Below, in pieces: positions 1-12,538 of a DNA stretch of 64,000 bases. The notes beneath the pieces are model-generated. The model was not told where the DNA came from and made no database searches. It was given only the letters and a program-made list of their open reading frames with translations. Each line of letters begins with the position of its first letter. The stretch's first letter is position 1. The DNA is from Eledone cirrhosa (taxonomy: Eukaryota). The position numbers and the translations under genes are program-made. Where the stretch lies: NCBI GenBank assembly GCA_964016885.1, contig OZ024751.1, positions 32,922,001-32,986,000 on the forward strand, in the 5' to 3' direction.

Positions 1-227
1 ACCTGGATATACAAAATGAATACTTCTGGCCTTGTGCAGGGTAGAAAGAGGACTCTGGTTTAATAATACGAAATGAAGAAGAATTTGGGTATACCAGAAA
101 TAATAAAATGACCACAGCTATTATTGTTGACGATGAAAGGAAGACTTAAATTGGTTATACTAGTTAAGAAAAACTATTTTCTAATATACTATGTTACCTC
201 TTATTTTCATCATTGATCTGCAATTTT

Positions 228-423
228 CTATTTAACCCATTTAGACGGTTTGTTTTCAATATTATAAATATAGTCAAAATACAACTCTGGTGATGAGATA
301 CTAACATGATCTCTTTCTCTGAAGGTATGGGTAAACTCCAGGTATAGTGGAGACAGCTGTACCTCTACATGGCTACACATTTCGGTTTTTATAAATTCTC
401 TGTAAGGATCAGCTGGCAAGAAT
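228..423 (-). CDS. Putative terminal exon of a LicD/FKRP-like gene (or pseudogene)
   Basis: Minus-strand acceptor TGTATTGATTTCTTCAG|A at 424/423, then open frame FLPADPYREFIKTEMC...KWVK*. PADPYREFI resembles the FKRP/LicD C-terminal APNNYRRFL motif. Phase 2 matches the donor at 17529. Confidence 0.55.
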
Positions 424-1297
424 CTGAAGAAATCAATACATATATATATAGTGAGATAAATGAAGGGTATTTAATGACGCTTATTATAGATATCGATAAT
501 GTATCAGAAAATACCCCGGGGGAGTATTGTGACTTATAAGATGTCGAAATGAACACTGGAGTTCAATTAGAATTGAAATTTCATTAGTAAAAGTACCGTC
601 CTTTCGTTTGGCCCTCTGATAATAACGTTACCGCTGTGGGCAACATAGCATTGATATAAAACACTCGGGAAATTGGAGAAGATTTGGCAGCTTAACTCTT
701 AGTAGAGAAGATATTGATTTAATTGAAAATAAAGCAAATTTCCAGGCAAATGAATTTAGTATAATTTTAGGATCTGTTCGATGTTTATTAATTGGTTTAC
801 ATCATTGTTATTGAATGATTAAAATATTTGATTCTTTGCGTTATCCTGTTAATTCCTTTAGAGCGGAGATTATACAACTTTTCTTTTAATTCAGAAAGTT
901 TCTTTTTCTTTATTTGTTTGTTCCAGATCGTTTCCTTTCGCTTTTGTTTCTTGCTGTTTATCTGCGTATGACGGAAGATAGCTCAATCAAATTCTGTGTG
1001 TTTAGTGTCATATTTGTAATGATATCGCTGGGAAGCAGGTAAACAAATATAAAAGTGATTAATGGGTGAAAGAGAACTAAAGGGAGATAAAGAAAGAGAG
1101 GAAGGGAGTGAGGGAGGTGGAGGGACAGAAAGAAAAGGAGAAAAGAGAGAACTAAAGGAAGATACATACAGAGAACAGTAAAACGAGACGAAGTATTCAA
1201 TATATCACAGAGAGAGAGTTAGTGGGATAGAGAAAACTCGAGAGAGAAAAATATAGAGAGCTAGAGAGAAAGAGAAAAACAACAAGTAAGAGAGAGA

Positions 1298-1301
<4 letters not shown>

Positions 1302-1361
<60 letters not shown>
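1302..1361. repeat. (AG)n microsatellite in a purine-rich tract
   Basis: Direct inspection. Similar (AG)n arrays at 4960-5020 and 26530-26605. Confidence 0.95.
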
Positions 1362-1365
<4 letters not shown>

Positions 1366-1840
1366 CGGACAGAGAGAATGGGAGAGGGGAAAAGTGTAAA
1401 ATGAAATTGAGAAGCAGAATGGAAGCAGAAAAAAAACAAAAGGAAAAGCAAAAGCGAAAAAAGAAAATGTTCAATAAATTTTAAACTCAAAAACAAAGAC
1501 ACAATTTGAATATAAGAAGGAGGTGGTGGCTGTAATGCCAGCGTACTTTCAGAACTAAACCAGACTAAGAAGAGGTGAAAATAGAAAGACAATGTCGAAA
1601 TAGAGAGGCCGGTCATTAAATTGATTATATTTTTGTTATAAATGACCGATTGTTTTGCATTATACGGTTGATCTGTTACTGAAACCTAAATAATCTCTCA
1701 TTATACCAAGTTTATTTCCAGTCGAATTTAATTTTACAGACCAGATACTGTTTTGTCAATCGTGACAAAAAGAGAAAATGATAACCTTTAATTTTCATGT
1801 GATTTAATATATTGTTTTACAGATTGCATGTGTTACATAG

Positions 1841-2000
1841 ACTTGATACATGTTACAGTAGTGTCCTAGAGGTAACATGTGGTAAATGTTACAATGGTGT
1901 AATAGACGTAACATGTGGTACACGTTACATAGAGTGGCGTATTAAATGTAACTTGTGATACATGTTATTGGTGTAGTAGAAGTAACATGTGGTAGACATT
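1841..2000. repeat. Degenerate ~36-bp minisatellite with palindromic core GTAACATGTGGTACATGTTAC
   Basis: Core copies at 1872, 1908, 1948 and 1982, with a partial copy at 1841. Confidence 0.75.
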
Positions 2001-2976
2001 GGTGATTTAGTGTTTTAGAGCAGCCTGTCCCACATGATACAGTACTGGGTGGATATGTGACAACATAGTGTATCACAGGTTGCTTGTGACATGTCACACG
2101 TGATAATGTATTGAGTGTGACTCATGACACACACACGTGTGTGTGTGTGTGTGTGTGCGAGTGATTGAGTGATTGTATAGGGCTGGATTTTATACTCCTA
2201 CCGTTTTCCCAAGTTTTACTCAGAGATCAATGTTCGATCCGAGTCTATGATAGATGTCACATGTCATATAGTGTCACTGAAATTGGAGACGACGTTTGTG
2301 AAACAAACTTCATTAAAATCCATATCTAATGTTTAGGAAAGAAAACTTGGCTTAATAAATTAATTAGTTATCGTTTAATAATATAAGATGTCCACTTCTG
2401 TAATTAGATTAAGGATTCCTATTAATAATCCTTTGAGAATAGAGTGGATGTCAATCAGGATTGAAACAGTTTGAACATTATGAGGTTTATACTGCAGGAC
2501 TAATTCATTACATGTAATGTTTTAATTTCATCTTTTCAGTTAAAACCGGTTCTGATTCGTAGTTTTGTTTTTAGATTTATTTGTTATAGATTTGCAAATA
2601 TATTAAGATTTAATCCAATCCATCTGATCGATACAGCTTAATGTATCCTTCACTTATACACTGGATCATCTACAGGTGGCATTGAACTGACCATCTGGCC
2701 ATGACTGATAACAGTTGAAACAAACTGAAAAACGTATATATATATATATATAAGTTTTAATATAGATGAGATTCTATAAGACTAGAACTGTTTCATTCTT
2801 TAGAAATCATAAGGAATCATATATGTATTGAGTACCTTACTTACTGTGGTTACCTCCGATTCAACCCGGAATAACGTATATATATATATATATGAGTAGT
2901 AACAAGAGTTTACGTAGAATAGAAAAAGGAAAGAATGCGCTTTATATTATCTACGGAGCCAAATATTATTACAAAT

Positions 2977-3137
2977 AATTTCTAAACGCAGCTGCTTGTT
3001 ATCAAGTGTTTCAAAGAGACACTATTTATGCTAATTATTTCTTATCGTTCAGGCAAGAAATAACAATGACAGTGTCTATAAGACCTATGCTAGAGTAGAC
3101 TTTGAAACCTTAGGTAGCAAGCAACTGTGTTGAAATT
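2977..3137. mobile_element. Degenerate foldback (Penelope pLTR-like) with hammerhead remnants
   Basis: Imperfect inverted arms at 2977-3016 and 3100-3137. GAAAC-cttag-GTA-gcaag on +, cttgc-CTGAACGA on -. Confidence 0.4.
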
Positions 3138-4956
3138 TTATTTATTATAAATCCTTTCAATAGGTAATTATTGATATATCTCTTGATATCACGTTGTAAT
3201 GAGGTGAGATTCCGTCATAACCAGCTTCAAAATTTCAAAAGAAGATAGCTTAAAATTTATTGATTCAATTTTCAAGTTGATTGATTTTTCACAGGAATCG
3301 AATATATACAGATTAGGAAAAAAATATCGATTGATTTAAAACAAAATACTACTTCATTTTATCGATCATATTTAAAATTAATATCATAAAAAATATAGAC
3401 CATAAAATAAAAATTAAAATATTTCGAAGTGGTCAATCATTTTATATATATAAAAAAAAAAAAAAAAAATCAATAAAACAAAGAACGGTTGTTATAGCAA
3501 ACTTTCTCGTCAGCCATGATTAGGATATTCAAAATTGTGTATGTTTCTGTTCTGGAACCCGAGGACTATGAGTACACCACGCTGATCATGTGCAGTGTGC
3601 CATAGCCTTTGCAGGTACAGTTTAACAGGTAAAATAGCTGCCAATTATATTCTAATTAAACTGTTGCAAGTTGAGTCCGACAGGGGGAGAATTTCAGAGC
3701 GAGTACTAGCTGGGATAAGAATGACTGTGTAGTTGATAATTCTTGGTTTTATGGAGGAGGCAACATGAGAATGATATACCCTGTATCGTGTAAATCAAGG
3801 TAATTACAGTTACCATGGTAATCCAAACAGAGTTAACAAAAGTGTCGAAGAAGCCACTAAAAACATTTCTACATAGTTGCTTGATCCGCCAAAATTAACT
3901 ACATTAGCTTTATCAATACTTTTTATTTATAGTATATATATTTCAACGTAAATATGTCGACTAGCTTTAAATTATAAATCTTAAAATAAGAATCAAAACA
4001 CAGGGTGTATTCTTTAGCAGAAAATACACTATATATATATTTCCTTCGTCTTTATAAAGGCCTCCAAGAGCTATGTAAAGATAAGTACAGGGAATCGATC
4101 AATTTTGATTGATTTAAAAAGTGTCATATAATCACTTCCAATATATCGGGCATAACCTCATTTTGAGCTATTTTGTACAAAAACCAAGAGAAAACGTTCT
4201 ACTTCACACCAAACCAAGAAAGAAAGAACGAAAAAGGAAAAAAAACGAAAGTCATATCGTCTAATATTTTGATTATAACTTATAAATCTTCATTTCCCAG
4301 CGTTGCTAAAATAATGACAGTCATGAGACATATCAACTTCGATCTATCTTTTCTTCGTTTTACATTCTCTTGTTCAATTTTTTGTTTTCCTTGTTTTTTT
4401 TTCTTTTCGTTTTTACACGTTCGGTTTCTTTTCTCTCCAATAAAAGAATGTCTTACTAGTTCTGATAAGAAGAAATAATTTCAGGTATTAGAAACTTGTC
4501 AATTTGAAGCACACGGTATCGATAAAATACTGTGATAATATTTGATAGACAGGCCCTATTTTCCGACACTCACGCTAGCAACTGATAATTTGAGCATGAA
4601 GTATCCTTATCAGTCCCAATGTTTTTGTTTCACACCTTTCTATCCCTCTTCTTTCTAAACAACCCCATCTCCCTCTTAGTCCATGTTCTTCCTTTTTATT
4701 TCATCATTTATCTGTCGCTCCATATATCTCCAATCAACTGTCACAATATAGAGCTATCTAATTACACCCCACCCCCTGTCTTCATATACACATTTATATT
4801 TATGTATATATACATATACTTATATATATCTATACCCACACACACATATATATATACACACATTTATATACACACACTATACATATATATTCACACCTGT
4901 GTATATATGCGTATTTACGCACACCCCAAGCACATATGTGCATACGATCACTAAAC

Positions 4957-5022
<66 letters not shown>

Positions 5023-5619
5023 CGACAGATCCATTTAACACTTGGCACACTACACTACTGACAAGGCAATTTGTTTGTTTTCTTATTCATTGTATAAAGT
5101 GTGTTAGTGTGACAGAGTTAGTATTCATATTCCTTGCTAGTTTTTTTGTTATAAATATAACAGCAGATCTTCATTATCTCTTGGATCTTTGTCACTTCAT
5201 CTTCGTTTCTCCGTACAGTTTCTCTCTTATCACGGGAGCTTCATCTGTTTTCCATTGTCGTTTTTTTATCCTAATACTTGAACATCAACTCACTTTGTTC
5301 TACAATGCTTTTCTTTACACTTGAGCTTAGTTTCTCTTCTATTTTTGTTGTTTCTCTTAACACGCGAACTTGATTTCTCTGCCATTGCATTACCATTAAC
5401 ACTTGAGCTCGATTTCACCTTGTTTATCAATGTATTATCTGTTTGATCGTCAATATTTTATCACGGCTGATTGACGTTTAGCTTTCAAGATAATAAGGGA
5501 GTCACTACGTAGACTCTCGACAAAATAATTCCCAAATATTCCTCCATTGACATACTTAAGGACTGAAATAAAGAATGATTCATTGTACAAGATATTCCCT
5601 AATGCACGTGATGATCACT

Positions 5620-5862
5620 ATAATTTCTCTGCTTGATCAGTTAAATTTGAGAAAGTCCGCTACTAACAGTTAATATTTGGTCAACAAAGGATCAGCTGAG
5701 TGACCCCACAGAATGTCTCCCTCCAACTAGTCCTTCTCTATTTGAAAACAAGGAAAAGCGTATTGGATAATCTACTTTTAGATATCCTACGCCTGAATGA
5801 AAACTGGTAAATATAAATGGAATGTGATGATAGGACTTAATCAGAATGTAAACAACAACAAC
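5620..5862 (+). mobile_element. Old interspersed repeat with (CAA)n tail (family C)
   Basis: Ends GTAAACAACAACAAC. Related degenerate copies at about 11830-12065 (+), 39876-40062 (-) and 60925-61166 (-), which share a TAGAAATAGCAG-like motif. Confidence 0.5.
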
Positions 5863-6681
5863 TATAAGAACCTATAATTCTCGAATAGAACTGTCGCAAA
5901 CATCACACTTGCAGGTTGCTCAATGGTAAGTCTTACGTTTTATCAAGGTAGTGATTTACATTACCTGTGTCGATTTTAACGGAATTTAGCGTGTAACGAT
6001 CATTTACGTCGGTGTATTTTCCTAGATTGATAACTGATTATAAAAATCGATTTTCTTTCCCCATAGACTGTCAGTGATGGAGAGCTTGTAGGTCTTCTAT
6101 ACACAAATTGATGAGAATTGTCTTAGTTGATTTAATTTTTTTGTATGATATGACCGTTTAGTGATACAGTGACATGCAATATGCAGTCAAGCTCCTCGGG
6201 GGGATTTTATTAAACTTAAATCATAATTTAGTTTTCCAATGGTTTTCAGACAATTTGTTTTTTTGTATTTTCTATTTAATAGTTTCTTTAAGTGTTGCTA
6301 TTATATTAGAGAAAAGCTCTAGTGGCTCTTGTTTGCCAGCAACTTAATGTTTTTGACCATTTATAGGTACTTAGATTGATAGACGAATTAAGTCTGATAT
6401 TTCTTTAAAATTATCTCCTATCCGTGTCATTCAATATGGACTTTTACATTATCAGTTAATTTCCTTAATTACAAGAATTTCACTGTGCTGCCATTTAATG
6501 TAGAACTCGGAACGATAATCACAGAATAAGTCGAAGAAATAAATTATTAAATGATTTTCAATTTAATAGATTTTGATAATTCATTTTCTTCTCTTTTCTG
6601 CTTTTTTATGTTTTCTTTTTTCTTTTGCTCTCAACTGAAATTTCAACATCAGCACTACACATACCCATAATGACACACCCC

Positions 6682-6718
<37 letters not shown>

Positions 6719-6723
6719 ATATA

Positions 6724-7021
6724 TTAGGAGGGTCATACTGCCAATAAAAGCACACGCACTTGTTGGTTTTCACTTTATTATTATAATTTCCCAGCCTGTT
6801 AGGTTAATAGCCGGATGGACCTTTAGTTGTTGAGTGTCAGCTAATCCGGTTTTTAAACTAACCGAGTAGAAAATTATAATAAAAAATTGAAGTGAAAGCC
6901 AAGAGGTGTGTGTATTTTTTATTGGCAGCATGACGCTCTTAAATTATGACAATATCTGTTGCAACCAACGTTTTCAGATAAAAAAAATAATATATCTTGC
7001 AAAACTAATACAAAAACGAAG
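6724..7021. mobile_element. Foldback element family P, copy 1
   Basis: Inverted arms at 6724-6790 and 6869-6942, tail to 7021, (TA)n on both sides. Homologous to 53596-53940. Confidence 0.7.
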
Positions 7022-7722
7022 TATATATATATATATATATATATACTTCATTAAGACACTCACGTAAGATGAAAGTATATAGCTTATAAGGCTTTTACTA
7101 TACTTAATCACAGCTTTCTCCTCCTCCTCCTCTCTCTATTTTTCATTGTCTCACCCCTCTCTCTCACTCTCATTCCTCCACTTGTATAAAATAACTTGTA
7201 GAATGATATCAAGCCGTTTCAAGTATCAAATTATTTCTAGGATATGAGAAATATACGAAATATATCTATAATATCTGCACTACTTCGTGCGGTGTTCAAT
7301 GATAGAAATATTCCTGGCTGAGTTAACTTAGATACTTACATATCAAGCGAGATGCTATGCAGTTTTCTTTCTTCCCGTGTCGTTTCTTTAACGCTCCTTA
7401 AATAGTAATCTTGCCATCTTCATTAAATTTGATGAAGAATATGCCGTTTTAAAATTGCATACACATATTATCTGTAGAGAAATCTTCCGTGTAGATGACA
7501 TGCAGCCTCTCTAAGACATATTTATTTTTTTTAGTATTTTCCAGTCTTCATGTTTACATTAAATAGCAAAAATCAATTACTATTTCCAGCATTATAGCAT
7601 GCAGTTTAGATTGGAACTTTTAGATTTTTATAAGGAAATATTCATTTTCTTTTAACTAAACACTGGTTCAGTTTTAGTAGGAGAACGCGTGCAGTGTGAT
7701 ATTAATGAATAATATATCATGA

Positions 7723-7777
<55 letters not shown>

Positions 7778-7876
7778 CTGTACAAACCCAGACACATATA
7801 TATACATACATATAGAAACATACATCTATATTCATATTATATATATATACAGACACACACATCTATCTGTCTCTCT

Positions 7877-7938
<62 letters not shown>

Positions 7939-7948
7939 TAGATATGCG

Positions 7949-8330
7949 TGTAACTATAGGTACAATCGGTTCGTCGGTTAAAGCACTCAATACTGTTAGG
8001 AGGTTCCGTCTCATATAGGGTTTATACTTCAGTGTACTCCGGATTAAGGCAGCTGCACCCTGCAGGGTGTAAACATAGGCAAGCAGAAACGAAATCAATG
8101 TTAAACCATAAACGAAATTTATTGTATATTGATTTTGATATCGATTAGCTCAGGGTTCGATTATAATGTTCGGGGCCTCATTCTGCAACAAAATCACATC
8201 AGGCTTTTGTAGGCGCAGAACACATTCTGTTCAAAGAAGGGCTTATATATTGCAAGGTTCGTCTAAGAGACTGGCTTTCTGCATGAGTAACCTGGAGGAG
8301 CTCAATTACTTGCAGGCGATGTACGTTATA
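7949..8330 (-). mobile_element. Probable solo LTR
   Basis: Termini TGTAAC...GTTATA (near-inverted). On the minus strand a TATATAA box precedes AATAAA. No clear TSD. Confidence 0.4.
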
Positions 8331-8339
8331 TATATATAT

Positions 8340-8489
8340 ATAGGAACGAGTAGGACCCCGACGGCTGAGCTCAAGCCATTTCGACGGCTAATTCTGGACT
8401 AACTCGTTCCTATTACCCACTCTACTACCCTAAGTTTTGAGTACTTTGGTGCGTTATGGTCCACCTGGCTCCTTACCACATTTCCTTCG

Positions 8490-8490
<1 letters not shown>
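8340..8490. mobile_element. Mini foldback element in (TA)n
   Basis: 12-bp perfect inverted repeat at 8340-8351 / 8402-8413 plus a 77-bp tail, flanked by (TA)n. Confidence 0.5.
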
Positions 8491-8545
<55 letters not shown>

Positions 8546-8772
8546 GTGGCCATGTCCTACATCTTATCAATTCGACAGAAGAGTGATCGATAAAATAAGC
8601 ACCAGATTTAAAAAAATCTATTCTGTGGTCAATATGATTAAATAAATCACGTCGGTGTCCCAGCATCACCGCAGTCTGATAATTTTTATACATATATATA
8701 CATATATATATATATATATTCATTTATATACGATATCTACATCGATAAATATGTCGATCTATCTATCTATAC

Positions 8773-8773
<1 letters not shown>

Positions 8774-8843
<70 letters not shown>
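8774..8843. repeat. (CA)n microsatellite
   Basis: Direct inspection. Other CA/TG arrays at 32732-32803, 49352-49431 and 50484-50579. Confidence 0.95.
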
Positions 8844-8845
<2 letters not shown>

Positions 8846-10145
8846 CCATTTTGCCAGTTTAAGTCATTCATTTGTGGCCATACTGGAGCATCATCTTAAC
8901 TCAGTCGATTATATTATAGATTTACCTCTATGTTATTGATATTCAACACCACTGTTACACAGACCCCTCCCCCACTTCTCCGTTGATGTTCATGTCTTTG
9001 TTACTATAATTTTACACATGAAAAATATGTCAATAATCCACCAGCGTGGTACGTTGTCAAAATATTTGGCTCTCCATTCCATATAAATATATATATACAC
9101 ACACGTTCTTCTTCACATTTCCATTCTACTATTTTCTTTTCTAATATTATATATACCCTGAGTTGGCCATCATAGCCATACATTACAGTTCGACATAGGC
9201 TCTAATTATTCCGATATATATTATTTTCTTTCCACGTGTATATTCGCCTTGCTAGTGAACATTGTAATTAAAGTGATGTGAATGTTTCCGAGAGATGCAT
9301 TTAATCTATAATCAATCTTAGGTTTAGGGAGTGTATTTCCTACATAGAGAGATATGCAATGAAATGTAATTTTCCTCTATGTGTGAACATGCGTATGAGT
9401 GTATACGTCAGCACATGTCTATATATTATTATATTTAGTGGGAGAAGTGACGAAGCGTGTGACATTTGTAAGGTCTGGGCTTCATATGGATGCCATTATT
9501 GTTTGGTTTCAAATAATGAAGGCTAATGCTTGTTGTAAAAACCTTAAAGTTAACAGCATGAGAATTTCAGGGAGATACACATAGCGAAAAGTGTTTAATT
9601 GCAGGCTTTTAAGAAAGTGAGATAAAATAGAAATGACGAATGAAATAGTGGGTTCGGAGAGATAACGGATCTTGATATTTCGAATGAGAAGTACTATTAA
9701 CGCGAGAAGCTAAGAAGGAATGTAATCTATATCTAGAATGGTCTTAGTGTATTGGTTAAGGAATCATTGCCAGTTGGATGCCATCATTTCTAATCAGTCT
9801 AGCATGTTTGGGAACACACTTTAGCAGAGTTCCAGTTATGTGGCGAATACTAGGGTTTCAAATAACGAACGACTATTTTCGAAAAATATATATATAGGTA
9901 ACTGTCGGTGATCATCATTTCTGACTATCATTTCTGAGCTGAAGAAACGTATATCAGAAATGCCATGGTATTAAATATAGTTTCTTATTCCGGGTGACGT
10001 AACTGAGAAAGATGAATAAAGACAATCCGATCACAAGAATCCCGACTTTTTTCAGAAAGTCTACTTAGGACTCCATTAGACTAGGCATGTCAAAGTATAT
10101 GTTTTTGCATGTCAGTTAGATTCAAACTTACAATGATTGGCATTG

Positions 10146-10277
10146 ATTGGCAGTATCTGTAGAGGGTCGGACGCCATGAATGCAGCAAAGAGTTACGGCC
10201 CTTTATGGTCTGAGTTCAAATCCCGCCGAGGTTAACTTTGCCTTTCATCCGATAAAATAAACTACCAGTAATACACT
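10146..10277 (+). mobile_element. tRNA-derived SINE family A (young, 3'-truncated)
   Basis: A-box-like TGGCAGTATC, B-box GAGTTCAAATCC and core AACTTTGCCTTTCATCC..GATAAAATAAA.TACCAG shared with many copies in this window. Confidence 0.9.
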
Positions 10278-10406
10278 ATATATATTATTTATTTGTTTAA
10301 TTAAATTAAATTAATTCAACAGTTAAACACACATAGGAATATTAAGGTTGTTACCAAAGAGCCAGAACATTGACAAGTCGACCCTAAATATGACTAATAG
10401 CACATG

Positions 10407-10700
10407 ATTTTGAAAGTAGGTTTATAATTATTAATTTTGATTGTACTTTTGGAGCTAACTCGGTGGCCTATTTGGAAGAATCATAGACGGTGGTGATCCA
10501 GGTTTGAAGTTCGAACCTTGTCGGGAGTAGGGTTCCCGGTAAACCTTTTCAGTTTTTTTCTATCGAATGTAAAATAAAAACTGAAAAGGTTTCATGTACG
10601 TCTTGACCAGGATTGAAACCAAGACCATGATTCCACCGTCTCTAGTACCTACCTACGAAAATCTACTGAAAATTCATACTTATAAACCTACTTTCAAAAT
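10407..10700. mobile_element. Foldback element with tRNA-like arms
   Basis: Nested perfect inverted repeats of 21 bp (10407-27/10680-700), 9 bp (10485-93/10633-41) and 17 bp (10541-57/10576-92). A/B-box-like motifs in the left arm. Confidence 0.65.
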
Positions 10701-12428
10701 GTTCAATACAAAATGATGTGGCATCATTCATGTCTTTCTTAATCTTATTGCTCTTAAGATGGAGCCCATATAGAACATAAAAGCCTGTTGGTAGAACATA
10801 GAACACCTGACGTAGAATAGTTAAAAAGGAACTGAGTAAGATATACCTGACGCGAGGTTAAGGTTTAAATAGTTGTTAAGCATCTGCCCGAAGTCCGTTG
10901 AACCCCCGAAGCCATATTTTCCAACTGGGTTGACGAAGAACAACGAAAAGATATTGACTTGAAGATCGAAATTATACCTTTGGAATCAATACCAACAAAC
11001 AATTATTCCTGTCGTCAATTAAATTTGAGCTTTGCGCTCACAACCACTAAAAGTGAGAGGTGAACCTAAGGAAATATACCTCCAAATATAATATACTCTC
11101 CTACAAAAGACTGGTCTATATTCAGAAGACTACTGTCTGTCTAAGTCTCTTGGAACTCGACAGACAATAGAAGATCCAGTAATGATAATAACTACTACAG
11201 CATTGACTGTTCTGTATTTCCACTAAATATTCCAATAACCAAACATTTGTTTAGTGGTAAGTTAGTGTTCACGCTTGTCCGGGCGATTTCTCAACAGATG
11301 CAATTCTGATTTCATAGGCATATAAAATTAAATTGTAATTAACTTTACTTCAAATTGAAATAAAAGTCAAAAACAAAAACAGCTGCAGTCTTTCATTTCT
11401 GGACATGCTTTAATATGTGTACCAAATTATTATCATTATTATTCCATTATCATTATTATCATCATTATTATTATTATTTCATCAATAATTTCCTCTGATA
11501 TTCTTCATTATTTGTTGCAGCTGCAGCATATGCCTGGCAATGCTCCAATATGGTGTGGGATGGGAGGATGCTCCAATCACATGAACGATACAATGCAAAT
11601 AGCCAACAGGGGAATATGGAATTATTGCAAATTCGTTTCGGCCTGAAGGCAGAAATTAACATTATTAGAACTACCAAAAGGATCCGACTATAATATATTA
11701 CACTACAGCATACTACACAACATATAATGACATATCTTTTGGCTTAGGGGCTCAATATTTTCACAAAATTAAGGGCCGGTAAAGTAGTAGAAAGTGTACA
11801 TCATTACATAGATTAAATATATAAACAACCTGAGCGAAGGAAGGAAGCGTTTGTGTAGTCACCCCACTGCTAGAAATAGCAGTTAAGATATATTTGAAAT
11901 CAAATCATATTCAGCTGACTTTAAAAATACACTAATATTTGATGATGTAGGCAAGGAAAAAATGGGATGATTGCATTCGATAAATGGCTAGAGAATATTT
12001 CTTGTCTGTTCTGGTCTACTAGAGCTGATCGGAGAGAGGGGGGCGGGGGTGTAAACAAACAACACTAACGCGGGTGTCAAAGCTCCAGTTTTAACAACCG
12101 AAGCGGGAGAAATAGCAGTTAAATAATTTTAAAATCAAATCATAAGCTACTGTGTTGTAAAGGTAAAAACATATTTGATGATGTAGTCTAGAAAAGAAAC
12201 GAATAGTAATGGAAGGACTTTCAGTATAGATCTGCTCGACAAGCACTGAAGTGAGGAGAAGTAGGAGTAGGAGATGTAAAAGTAGTGGGAGTAGAAGGAG
12301 AATATACATACATATGCATATACATATGCATATATATATATATACACACACACACAAATATAAAGATGCACATATGTAAATGTATACACATAAATACATG
12401 CACATACATTATACACATGTATATATAC

Positions 12429-12538
12429 GTGTGCGCGCGCGCGTGTGCGTGTGCGTGTGCGTGTGCGTGTGCGTGTGCGTGCGCGTGCGCGTGCGCGTGC
12501 GTGTGCGTGTGCGTGTGCGTGTGTGTGTGTGTGTGTGC
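12429..12538. repeat. (GCGTGT)n/(GC)n/(GT)n alternating purine-pyrimidine tract
   Basis: Direct inspection. Confidence 0.9.

Noticed and set aside
958-1616. Hydrophobic minus-strand ORFs
   Set aside because: Products of a purine-rich/(AG)n tract.
1841-2000. CRISPR-like palindromic repeat-spacer pattern
   Set aside because: The linkers are short and similar to each other, the repeats are degenerate, there are no cas genes and the context is eukaryotic.
9938-9975. CTGAAGA...GAAA motif
   Set aside because: No stem I or stem II, so a chance match.
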